From Scyliorhinus canicula (taxonomy: Eukaryota), in contig NC_052148.1 in assembly GCF_902713615.1 (NCBI RefSeq), positions 34,825,888-34,889,887 of the forward strand: 64,000 bases of DNA. Direction: 5' to 3'. Shown one piece after another: positions 48,833 to 60,639 of the stretch. The notes beneath the pieces were generated by a model. That model did no database searches and was not told the DNA's origin. It was given only the letters and a program-made list of their open reading frames with translations. Position 1 is the stretch's first letter, and each line of letters starts with the position of its first letter. The position numbers and the translations under genes were made by a program.

Positions 48833-51800
48833 GTAAGCGACCCTTGGGGGGGGGGGGGGGGATAACTCGGCCATTCGGGAAATAAACCAACACTTTACCA
48901 ACAACAAAAACAGTTAGTCCAGCCTTTCAATGTAATTCGATGGAATGAGCGATTTGCCTGCACCTTATTGTAGGGTGAAAGCTGGGAAAGGGACAAACTG
49001 GAGCTCTGTGGGGGGGGGGGGGGGGGGGGGTATAGAGCAGGGATTGATTGGTCAATCCCTTCCAGGGGCGAATTACCTTCTGTCTAATTCACCAGGCGGA
49101 GAATTCGTGAATAAATTCGGGTGGGGACGGGTTTTCAAGGCGGTCAGTTTCCATCAGTGATATCAACACGCTCCATTCAGCCTTCAGAGCCCTGCATGTC
49201 TCCCAGTGATCTAGCATAGACCTGAGGGACCGAATGGCCCTCGTCCCGCGCCTGAAGTGACCGTATGGGATTGGTTCCCCCAGGAGGGCACGGGGACTGA
49301 TGTTACTGTATTTGATGTGACTTTTTGTTGTTGCAGCCCCGATTCTACAGGCTTCCCTACAAAGTACACGGGTGGAGGAAGGCTCCAAAGTTGCCATCTC
49401 CTGCTCGCTCATGGCTGACGAGGGGGTGCACTGGTTCCGACAGGGCAAAAAACCCAACCCGGAATTCCTGGTCTATATATCTGGCATCGGTTCACAAAAT
49501 CCTGCCGCTAAAGACAAATACAGTGCTGACAAATCATCCCAAAAAGTCACCCTGACGGTGAAAGATTTCAGAAAGGAGGACTCCGGGAAGTATTACTGTT
49601 TAATGGTGAAAAATCGGGCCTTAACGTTCGGCAAGCCCCAGGACTATTACGTGGAAGGTCAGTAAAAGTGGTCAAAATGCCATTATTGAATAAAAACATG
49701 GTTAGTTTGAATTTATTAAACTGTCACCTTCACGTTTTACTCATTGGAGGTGTGAGATGCGTTCCTCTGTTTTAATATTTTAACCCGACCTATATTTGTT
49801 TTGCACCATATGTCACACCTGGCTAAATCTATGCCTCTCTTTTATTCCCTAATTTTGACTTATTGAATAAATACAGAGGCTGCGACCACCCCGAAGCTAA
49901 CGACCACCAGCACCACGACGAAAACAACAGTCAACACACCGAAAAACATAGAAACGACTCCAACAAAAGCAGGTTTGTTCATCCCGAATTGGCCGGGCTG
50001 TGGGAGTCTACATGACATGGCTTTTAGCAGGGGGCGGATTGGTGAAGCCATTACTATAATTCAGACACGGTGGATAAGTCTTACCTCTCAAGTCACCCTC
50101 CGAGATGCCAGTTCGAAGATTCTCATGTCGATTGCTGGAACTTTAGACGTTAAAGAAGGAGGCCATTCGGGCCATCGTCGTTCTAGCCGATCTCCCCATA
50201 TCTTCTGTTTCGCTTTAAATATATATGTTTACCTTTAAAATATGCAACATCTGTGCGGCAAAGCGTCAATTCTCAACCATTCCCCGAGCAAAGGCATGTC
50301 ACACAATCCCCGTTTCCCTCTCGGTGAGATCTTTAATTCCTGGGACGTGGAGGTCACCAGCATTTATTGCCCATCCCTAATTGCCCCTGAGGAGGTGGTG
50401 GTAAGCCGCCGTCTTTAATGGAATAGCCATCCACACCGATTTCTTGAGCAGAACTTGTCCTTTTTCCCAGTCATTCTATTTTTGGCACCATTAAATCTCC
50501 TGGAACCTTCTCTCTCCCCGGATGTCAGTTCCCTCATTGTAACTCCAGCTATCCTAATGTATCATCACCTTGGGGGGATGTGCCCCGCTTTGTCTCTCGA
50601 CCCACGGCCCGGTGGGAATGTTCACAAACCCATTCACCAAGTTGCTCTTTAGAAGGCCATTCTCCACCCCCATGTTAGCGTCAATATGCAAGGGAACATT
50701 GAAGTGAGGGAGAGATGGTTCTCTCTGTCTCGCTGCTTGTGTGTACAGATAGGTTTATATGTCCACCCAATGTGGATGGGCTGTTAGCCTTCATTTGTGT
50801 GTTTCTCGAAGATTGCATTTATTTGCTTAAGCTTCTTATGTAAGAGGTTTCATTCCCCAAAACAGCCAGGTATTATTTGAAGTTTGGGCTTTGCTGGCGG
50901 TGGCCTGTCAAAATAACCTCTGGCCTGTGCTGGAGCCCCTATTCAGTAAAGGGCTTGTGCCGAACCACGCTTTGAAACCAGAGTTTATTAGAGAATCCCT
51001 GTAGTGCGGAAGGCTCATCGACCCTCTGAAAGAGCGCCCAGTCCCCCGCCCGATCCTTGCATCCCCTCCTCACCTGCACATCCTTGGACACTAAGGGGCA
51101 ATTTAGCATGGCCAATCCACCTAGCCTGTGCCAGGTTAGACCAGGGAGAAAGTGCAAACTCTACACAGACACCAAGGTGGGAATTGAATCCGGGTCTCTG
51201 GCGCTGTGAGGCCACCTTACCTCCCACTCCTGGAAACCTAACCGGCTCTTTCTTCCTGAGAGAGGGGGGGGGGGGGGGGGGTAATTCCAACCGAGTGAGG
51301 CGACGGGATTTCAGGGGCTGCCAGTTAAGGATTCTCCTCTCTCAGTACATCCATGTATCTTTGCGTTTGATCCTTAGTGTCAATCGGTTAGCACATTGTG
51401 TTTTAGCAGACAAGACAGCAGTATCCCGACATCATAGAATAGAATCATAGAATCCCTACAGGACAGAAGGAGGCCACTCGACCCATCGAGTCTGCACCGA
51501 CCACCTGTCCCACTTCAAGGCGGCACAACGCCGGGCTAGATCGATCGATTGATTGATTGATTGTCAGATGTACCGAAGTACAGTGAAAAGTATTTTTCTG
51601 TGGCCAAGGAAACTTACACAGTAGACAAAAAGAATAATCGACAAAGTACATTGAGGAGATGATGAGCAATACCATCCACTAACACCAATGGACCAGGGTT
51701 TTATGTCTGAATGTCTTACAGCGCTGATGTGGCAAGACCCCACACTCAGAGCAAGTCAACCCCGGCCTGATAGAGTGTCTCAACCACCCCTTTCTAACCC

Positions 51801-54800
51801 AAGCACTCAGGTTTCATCGGAGCGACTTTAAATACAGCAGTTCAGCTGAAAAATATATCGTCAGGTAACTTGGATTAAAAGGTTTCTGAATGGTGCAGGG
51901 TGATATTACAAAGCTCTACTCCAAAGGTCCCTCTGCTATACCGTCAACAGCCGTTGCTTTACCAGGATAAGAGTAATTCTGCGCCCCCCTCCCCTCACAC
52001 CCCACCCTCACACCCCACTCCAACCCCCAAGAGGAGGCTCAGTCATTGAGTTTGATCAAGGCTGAGATCAATAGATCTTTACACATTCAAAACACCAAGG
52101 GATACAGGGGTATTGCTGAAGTGGTTCAAACATTGAATAGCGGAGCGGCTCGAAGGGCCGAATGGCCCACACTTGATCCTCTTTATGTCCTTGCCGCTCG
52201 ACCTGTTGCCTTTGGCTGATTGGATATCTGGGTTTATTTCACTGTTGCAGGGGATTCTTGCTCATAGCCAAAAACAACACATAAAATCTAATTCTGATAT
52301 AGTATATTATGCCTCTGCTTTCTGATATGGCGGGGCTTCGAAAGGTAGAGATGTGGAATGGTCTCGGTGCTGTGGATTTTATTACCATTTAAATTACCAT
52401 TAAAGCTGGAGAAGTCTCTCCCAATTAATCTATTTATTGAAAGATGTTTCGTTGCTTCCACTCAGCAGAATTGAATAGTTGAACTGAATATTCGAGACGT
52501 TTCCCATGGCATTCAAGTGACAAATTCGTTCTTTTCATATGGATTTTCTTTTTCACCCACTCTAGTGATCCACCAAGATGGGCTGTCCTGTGCCATGATC
52601 ATCTGGGCTCCTCTGGCCGGCGGCACTTTGTTGTTGCTCCTCGCACTGATTCTCGTCTCCATCGTTTACTGCAGAAGTACATTTTCTCGTTTTGTTTATT
52701 TATTTACTTTACATTAAATTCGGAAACTTCAAATTCCGTGTGTTACATCAGCCTGATCGCTAATATGACACAATCTGACCTGCTGCTTCTGTTTGTTTTC
52801 CAGCACCCCGCCGGAGACGTTGCCAGCATCAATTTAGGAAGAGGTCGGTACATTTGATTCTTTTTGTTTTAAATAGGAAGTTTGAGACGGGACAGAGAGA
52901 TTCGCATTGATGTGACCCCTTGTCATATCTCCCAGAAACACCTGGAAGTGTTTCAGGTAGATGGATCACTCTGGGTTATAGTGGCTATTGTGGGAAGTTG
53001 GGGTGGTCTGTGTGTGTGTGTGTGCGGGGGGGGGGGGGGGGGTGTAACAGGCAGGTTGCTAAATGGCTGTGTAATGGTGTTGCCAAAGAGAATGACACTG
53101 TTGATTAGGATTCAATTCAACTCAAGTTGAATTGGCCAGTCAAAGGTCATTGCCTGGGAAGGTGGTTTGTGAAATCGACAGGCTGGGGGGGGGTGACCGG
53201 CCGAAGATGATGGTGCAAGATCTCACCAAGACTTGGGAAGGATGAGAGAAGAGGCGGATAGTTCGCACGGACGATGTTACAGCACAGCAAGAGGCCATTC
53301 GACGCAACCAGCTCTTTTGCCACTTCCGCATGTGGCTCTGCTCCTTCACATAGCCAACCAATTCCCTTCTGAATGTTACCATTGGGTCCGAATCCAGCGT
53401 CAACCTAAAGTGTCATCCAAATCCGGACTATTTGTTCTGTTTTGAAGTTTTTACTCCTGTCACCTCCGTATTTTTTAGCCATTATCTTAAATGTGTGGCC
53501 TGTGAGCTTCAGTATTAGAAACAGTTTCTCTATATTTACTGAATCTAAACACTTTATGATTTTTAAAACTCTATAAAATATCCCCCTTAATGTTCTTTAT
53601 TACAAGGAAAAAAATCCCAATGTGCCCACGTAACTAGAAGTATTCTAGTGGATTTCCTCCATATCCTTGCCAAAGCCTTCACTTCCTTTATAAAGTGCCC
53701 CGAATTGGATAGGGTACTCTGGCTCAAGCTAAGCTCTTGTTTTATATCGGTTTCTAGTTTCTTCGCTTTTTGCTTGAATTGAATTATTTTGTTAACTTGT
53801 CCTGCAATCTTCAGAGATTTGTGACCTAACACCCCAATCTCTCTCTCTCTTTTCTTGCATCCCCTTTAAAACGGTTCCATTTAGCTTGCCATGTCTCTCC
53901 TTAATCTTCCCACCAAAATGTATCGCTTTGCACTTTTCTGCATTGAATTTCAGTAGCTATGTCCCCCGATGCAGCCTGAAATAGTCTGATGTTGTCCTAT
54001 TCATCCGTACGCGGCAGGAGCCTGATACAACAATCTGACCCAGTCAATAAAGCCCCGCCAAATTCGACCTGTCCCAGTACCTCCCACAGATATTCCCATT
54101 CCACCGGATCAAAAGCATTCTCTGCGTCCATTGCGACCACTACCTCCACATCCCTACCTTCTGGAGGCATCATGATCACATTTAACAACCTTCTTACATT
54201 GGCCACCAACTGCCTACCTTTGACGAACCCCATCTGGTCCTCCCCAAATCACGTCCAGAACCGTCTTCAATCCCAGAGGACAAGATTTTGACCAGCAGTT
54301 TGACGTCCACATTCAATAGGGATATTGACCTGTAGGACCCCCATAGCTCCAGGTCCTTGTCCCGCTTCAGGATCAATGAAATCGTGGCCTGTGACATCGT
54401 CGGGGGAAGCACCTCATGCTCCCTTGCCTCATTGAATGTCCTCATCAACAGCAGCCCCAATATCCCAGAGAACTTTCTATAAGACTCCACTGCGTACCCG
54501 TCCGGCCCCGGGGCTTTACCCGACTGCATGGCCTTCAAACCCTCTGCTATCTCTTCCAAACCGATTGGGACCCCCAGCCCTTCTACCAACCCAACCCCCA
54601 ACCCCCCCCCCCCCATCCACCTTCATGAAATTCAGCCCCCCTAAAAAGTGCCTCATCCCCTCCGGCACAGCTGTGGGTTCCGACCCGTACAGCCTGCTGT
54701 AAAACTCCTTGAACACCTTATTCAACCCTGCTGAGTCTCCAACCAGGTTCCCATCCCCGTCCTTTACTTTCCCAATTTCCCTGGCTGCCTCCCTCTTTCT

Positions 54801-57800
54801 AAAATGCTGTGCAAGCATTCTGCTGGCCTTCTCCCCATGCTCATAGATCGCCCCCCTCGCCTTCCTCAGCTGCTCATCCGCCCTCCCTGTAGTCAACAAG
54901 CCGAACTCCACCTGTAGCCTCCGTCGTTCCCTTAAAAGCCCTGCACCTGGGGTCTCCGCATACCTCCTGTCGACCTGCCATATCTCCTTTATCAGTCGTT
55001 CCATCTCTGCTCTGTCTGCCTTCTCCCTGTGGGCCCGTACCGAGATCAGTTCCCCTTGAACCACCGCCTTCAATGCCTCCCAGACCACCGCCGAAACTTC
55101 ACCCATGTCGTTGACTTCCAGGTAGTTCCTCAGCCGCCCGCACATCTCTTTGTCCGCTAGAAGTCCCACGTCCAGCCTCCAGTGCAGGGCGCTGGTTACT
55201 GTCTTTACTAACCTGCAGGTCAACCCAGTGTGGGGCATGATCTGAGATTGTGATCGCCAAATACCCCGTGTCCACTACCCCCATCGGTAGAGCCCTATTC
55301 AAAATTTAAAAAATCAATTTGGGAGTACACTTTATGCACGTGTGAGTAGAAGGAGAACTCCTTCACTCTCGGCTGCCCAAATATCCATGGGTCCACTCCC
55401 CCCCCCCCCCCCCCCCCCCCCCAATAAACCCCTTTAGTTCCTTTCTCATTGCTGGCACCCTGCCTGTCCTTGAGCTCGACCGGTCTAGCCAGGGTCAATA
55501 ACTGTATTGAAGTCCCCTCCCATGACCAACTTATGCAAATCCAAGTCCGGTATCTTCCCCAGCAACCTCTTTATAAACTCCACATCATCCCAATTTGGCG
55601 CATACAGGTTCACTAGTACCACCTGAAACCCCTCCAGTTTCCCACTGACCATAATGTACCGGCCTCCCTCACCCGCAACTATTCTTCCCGCCTCAAATAA
55701 CACTCGCTTGTTAATCAGGATCGCTACCCCTCTAGTCTTAGAGTCCAGCCCCGAGTGAAAAACCTGTCTGACCCATCCCTTCCTTAATCTAATCTGATCA
55801 GTTACCCAAAGATGCATCTCCTGTAACATTACCACGTCCGCCTTCAGTCCCCTCAAATGCCAATGAGACCTATTCTCTAGGTCCTCCACCTTCTCCAGGA
55901 GCCTTGTATGCTGGTCTCTCAGCATTCCCACCTCCAACTCCACCGCTGCTTGATGTTCCTCCTGCTCAGCCAGCGCCTTCTCTACTTCCTGGATTGCCTG
56001 GTCTTGGGCATCCAGTCTACGTTCCAGCCGCGCAATCAATTCTTTAATCGGGTCCAAGCATTCCTGTTTCTGCTTGGCGAAGCCCTCCTGAATGAACTGC
56101 ATCAACTGCTCCGTTGACCACTGGGTCGACAAGCCAGGACCCCGGTCGTCCACCATGCTTTCTCCCGCTGCAGCTTCAGCCCAAGCCTTCTCTGTACGTT
56201 TATTTCTTCTTTTGCGAGCACTTCTAGTCCGCCTCTCCACGCACCGATGTAGGAATCCATTCCACAATTGCTTCTGCCATTAATTTGCCAAATCAAGTCC
56301 GATAGAAAATCGGGGGAAAAGGTCCAAAGGTCCGACCCGAGCGGGAGCCGCCAAATGTGTGACGTACTCCTTCATAGCCACCACCGGAAGTCCAATCCCA
56401 TTTTCAGCCATATATTTATTCGGAATTTTTGGCGCAGTGTTCAATATTTTGTACTCTATTAAAACAGTTGATGATGGAATATCAGTTATATGACTAAACC
56501 TAATCTGAAGAGTTTCTGTTATTATGAGCAACTTAGTCAAAACATTTATCGCCCCCCCCCCCCCCCTCCACCAGTCTCCCCAGCCCTTGTGGAAGTCCCC
56601 CCCCCCCCCCCCCCCCCCCCCAGCCAGCAGCACTGATCCCGGCCGACTGTGGAGGGGCTGAGACCACACGTCCCTCGCACAGTCAGGAACTCGGCCCATC
56701 GGGGGAGAGCCTTCAGGTGACGTGCCAACATGCAGCGCGTGACGCGATTACACCATTTTGGAGAGGGCGGAAGATAGAAAACCAGCGTCAAACAGGATTT
56801 GCCCCCGATTTGGGCATTGGATGGGATTCTCCGCCTGATCGTTGATTAAGATATCGGCGTAGATATCGGTGAATCCCGCCTGTAAACTTTTGAACATCAT
56901 CTAGTTCATAGTATTTTATTTGGAGGGAACACTTTTTAACAATCTGTCCGATTTGAGTTTTTGGATTTTTTTATATGCAAAATCAGTCATATCTAGTTGG
57001 GAATGGTATTAAAGGTTATATGGATGAGTATAGATTAAAACAATCAAGTACTCCATGGGACATATTGCCAAGGTCAAGAGCAGAGACAGATGCTCCTAAG
57101 TAAGGTGATAAATCATAACTGAATTATGGAGATGTTAGAATGTTCAGGAATTTTGCTTGATTGTCTTTGGGAATCAGAATATATTTATCCAAAATATTCC
57201 TTCAGACAATCAAAATAAATTAGAAGAGTTCATAATAGGTTGTTTATACAAATGTTGGCTTGATAGACCGATTGAGCTTTACTTGTTCCATATGTATACA
57301 ATTGCTACACTGCCATAGGAAATATTTTAGCAGTGTTCTGCAGAACAGCTTTGTCAGAGACTAAGAAGATATGTGGCCCATTAACAAAATAAAATGCAGG
57401 ATAAATATTATTCTTGGTAAATAGGTTTACAAAAATACCAACAATGCATTTTCAATTTAAATTTAAATTAAGAACATAGTTCCTTTATTTGAGATCACAT
57501 TTTGAAAAACTGAATCCATAATAAGATTAATTCAGGAAACACCCAAATTTAATCAATAGTACAGATACTGTTTACTATCCATTCAATTTAAGCATAAATA
57601 ATTCTTATTGCCCAACTTTAATTAATTTTTACATATGTTAACCAATTTGAGCACAGATGTGGGACAGGTATTATAGACCTCGTAAAAGTGGTGATCAGTT
57701 TAATTTCAAATGCATTTTCCCAATTGTTTAGTATTAAGAAAATAGATATGTTACTTCAGAAATATTCATTTAACCAGAATGCAGCCCTGGAATGTGAACA

Positions 57801-58209
57801 ATAACTTACATGCACAGCGAATGTTTAGTAATGATGCTTGGTGTGAAGCAATTTGTTCTTATTGAACGATTTCAGCGATAGACTTGTACCAATAGGTCAT
57901 TTCGTTTTCAGAAAGCTACTTATTAAGTTGTGACATAAGTATTTACAATATACAAAATAAGTCAGCCCCCACCTTAATCTGACAATTGTCTTTTCTACGC
58001 CCATCTTATTGTGAATCACAGTTGTTTTGCATTGGAACTTATTTCCTTTGTAGGCCAGGGACATATTAATGTCCAACGTCAGTTACAAAATTATAATATA
58101 TTCAAGAAAAAGAGAATTGCTGTTTCTTGCATTAACATAATTCTTTATTCATTATTTATCTAGACCAGTAGCTGACGAGGTTAGAAGACCACCAAACGGA
58201 TACTATTAA
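48793..58209 (+). CDS. CD8A: T-cell surface glycoprotein CD8 alpha chain, whole coding span: join(48793..48832,49337..49657,49877..49972,52566..52676,52804..52843,58164..58209), 654 nt, 217 aa
   Basis: All GT-AG junctions are in frame; IgV, Thr-rich stalk, the hallmark CD8A TM motif IWAPLAG, YC juxtamembrane, RRRRCQH tail followed by RP. Confidence 0.93.
49337..49657 (+). CDS. CD8A: CD8A exon 2, IgV domain
   Basis: ttgcag| acceptor in frame; VAISC..VHWFRQ..VTLTV..EDSGKYYC..LTFGK; AAG|GTCAGT donor. Confidence 0.95.
49877..49972 (+). CDS. CD8A: CD8A exon 3, Thr-rich stalk EAATTPKLTTTSTTTKTTVNTPKNIETTPTKA
   Basis: atacag| acceptor, CAG|GTTTGT donor, 96 nt phase 1-1, mucin-like composition. Confidence 0.88.
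52566..52676 (+). CDS. CD8A: CD8A exon 4, transmembrane VIHQDGLSCAMIIWAPLAGGTLLLLLALILVSIVYCR
   Basis: ctctag| acceptor, 111 nt phase 1-1, IWAPLAG motif. Confidence 0.93.
52804..52843 (+). CDS. CD8A: CD8A exon 5, cytoplasmic TPRRRRCQHQFRK(R)
   Basis: ttccag| acceptor, GAG|GTCGGT donor, phase 1-2, CXH motif. Confidence 0.92.
53990..56393 (-). mobile_element. L1/Tx1-type LINE in CD8A intron 5: 5'UTR, ORF1 N-terminus fused to the ORF2 endonuclease, partial RT, 3'-truncated
   Basis: 5' end ggacttccggtggtggc; coiled coil ..KVEDLENRS; APE motifs LKADVVMLQEMH, NLYAPN, MGGDFNTV; KAPGPDG and DAENAFDPV RT motifs with frameshifts. Confidence 0.92.
58164..58209 (+). CDS. CD8A: CD8A exon 6 coding part RPVADEVRRPPNGYY*
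   Basis: tttatctag| acceptor completes AG|A; RP start resembles the CD8A tail; TAA at 58207-58209; GTAAGT donor at 58213. Confidence 0.75.
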
Positions 58210-58593
58210 CGAGTAAGTACTCTACTTCAAAAAGGAAAGAACCATGTCACTGCATATAGTGCAAGTATGTTCTTAGTGTTGCATAGATGATTTATAGATG
58301 CAGCAATGTAGGCTAGTTTTGAGATTACTTTGTAATGGTTCATACAGTCCACAAAATCCCAACAACAACCTTAATTTGTACAATGTCTTAAAATGCCCCA
58401 AGATTTTTCACCGATTGATAATTAAATTAGTTGATTACATGCTTCATCAATAAAATAGACTTTGAGGAAGATTTTATGTGTGTGTAGGGAAGCAGAGAGG
58501 CAAAAAGGGAGAGGAAATTCCTGAGATATGACCGAGGCAACAGCCACCAAGTAACAATGCTGAGAAAGGGTGATGTATTAGGATGCAAAATGG

Positions 58594-58819
58594 AGGGCAG
58601 CACGGTGGCCTAGTGGTTAGCACAACCGCCTCACGGCGCTGAGGTCCCAGGTTCGATCCCGGCTCTGGGTCACTGTCCGTGTGGAGTTTGCACATTCTCC
58701 CCATGTCTGCGTGGGTTTCGCCCCCACAACCCAAAAATGTGCAGAGTAGGTGGATTGGCCACGCTAAATTGCCCCTTAATTGGAAAAAATAATTGGGTAA
58801 TCTAAATTTAAAAACAAAA
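58594..58819 (+). mobile_element. Young HE1-like SINE
   Basis: 14-bp TSD aggatgcaaaatgg at 58580-58593 and 58820-58833, A tail. Confidence 0.9.
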
Positions 58820-59679
58820 AGGATGCAAAATGGTGTAGGACTGGAAGAGATTAAAAATGTTTGACAGGGAATTTTAAAATGAGGACAAGCATTTTGAACT
58901 CAGTGCATTAGAAGATATCAATAGAGGTCAGCAAGGACAGAGGTAATGGATGAGTGGGACCTAGACAGGTTGTGCATGTCAGAGTATGAGACAAGTTGAA
59001 GTTAAGTATAGGAAGGAATTCAGGATGCTAGAAAGGAGTACGTCTGTGAAGTCTACTCTTCACCTAATAACAATATATATATAAATAATTCAATAGCAAA
59101 GACCTTGCGATATGGTTGAAATGGATACATTTTCAATGGTAGAAATTAAGCCACAGATCAACCATGATCTCATTAAATGGTGGGTCAGGCTCCTGGGGCT
59201 GAATGGCCTCTTCCTGGTTCTATTTACTCTTTTAGTGGTGAAGGGGAAGAAGCTCAGCTGAGGGTCAAGCAGGACAATACGTTTTTTTCATTGTTTATTT
59301 CAACTTAAGTAACTGACCGGGTAGGTGGTTGAAGTCAGGAGGAGCTTTCTGTTAGAATCAAAGAAACTTCATTTTCCCAATATTAACTGTCTAAGAAACT
59401 GTTCCCAACTCCTTTTGTCTGTTTCTTTCCTTCTAACAAACTTTAAATTAAATTTGCTATCCTCCCGAGCTCCATACTCTTTAAATTCTCAAGTCGTCTC
59501 CTGTGGGCCTCTTTGACAAAGGTTTTCTGAAAGTCCATGTACACCAATCCATTGTATTTCCCCAATTCAACATATCTGTCACCCCCTCACAGGTTTGTCA
59601 TATACTTTTCTGAAATCTGTCTTGGCTGCTTGTACTTTGTGTTTTTTTTTTATTTTTAAATTTTCCCTTCTGCGCCCAG

Positions 59680-60535
59680 AACAGCTAACCAAACTACTGA
59701 AATTAGCCAACAGACTACGTTCCTTTTTGCTACTGCAGTTGGCCTGAGTGCCCCAAGCTTACAATGAGAAAAAGAAATTAAACCAATTAACTGCTGCTGA
59801 TTTCTACTAGCTGATCTCTGCTGGAATGGACACACAAGTTGACGTCGGAAGAATACACAATCAGACTCAACTGTGGTTGTCTCCAGTCTGACCTGTCAAT
59901 CCTGACTGCCTAACTTCACAAATGAAGAATGGCTTCAGGATAAAATACTCGTTAAGATTCCTGGTAAAGGGGCAACACGGTGGCCTAGTGGTTAGCACAG
60001 CTGCCTCACGGCGCTGAGGTCCCAGGTTCGATCCCGGCTCTGGGTCACTGTCCGTGTGGAGTTTGCACATTCTCCCCGTGTCTGCGTGGGTTTCACCCCC
60101 ACAACCCAAAAATGTGCAGAGTAGGTGGATTGGCTACACTAAATTGCCCCCTTAATTGGAAAAAATAATTGGGTAATCTAAATTAAAAAAAAAAGATTCC
60201 TGGTAACTGTGGAACTTTAGCCCAGCAGAACTCAAGGAAGGAAGCGAGAAAATTCCAAAAAGAATTTGGATTAAAGATTGCAGAGCTTTAATAATCAACA
60301 TTCAATTATCAAAAATTCTAAAACTGTGCATCAGGGAAAGTGTCTGTAAATGTACACTTGGGATCAAGTTTAATCTGACCTGTCTGTTGGAAAATGACAG
60401 GAGTGGGTACGACATTGGCATTCCTCCCTGCTCAGTTTTGCTCAGTTGCCCTTGGACGTGGTTAGACTGTGACATACTCTTTATCAATGCTACTGGTGAT
60501 ACTTTACTAATAAACTTTAAAACGTCAGCAAATTC
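59680..60535 (+). other. Candidate non-coding terminal (3'UTR) exon of CD8A
   Basis: Long pyrimidine tract plus cccag| at 59679; AATAAA at 60509 followed by a T/GT-rich tract near 60555-60580. Confidence 0.35.
59968..60192 (+). mobile_element. Young HE1-like SINE
   Basis: 14-bp TSD aagattcctggtaa at 59954-59967 and 60193-60206, A tail. Confidence 0.9.
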
Positions 60536-60639
60536 AATCAGGGATTTTAAAAGATTTTTCTTTGTTTTTGGTTTGGCTTTTAACAATTTTGACTATTTTG
60601 ACTATTATCAAACACAAGTGCTGTTTCTAGAAAGTAACT

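Noticed and set aside
49345-49352. Alternative CD8A V-exon acceptor ctacag| at 49350
   Set aside because: Out of frame with the phase-1 leader; the acceptor at 49336 keeps the frame.
58594-58670. tRNA genes at SINE heads (here and in other copies)
   Set aside because: The A/B-box heads continue into SINE core and tail with TSDs; there is no complete cloverleaf.
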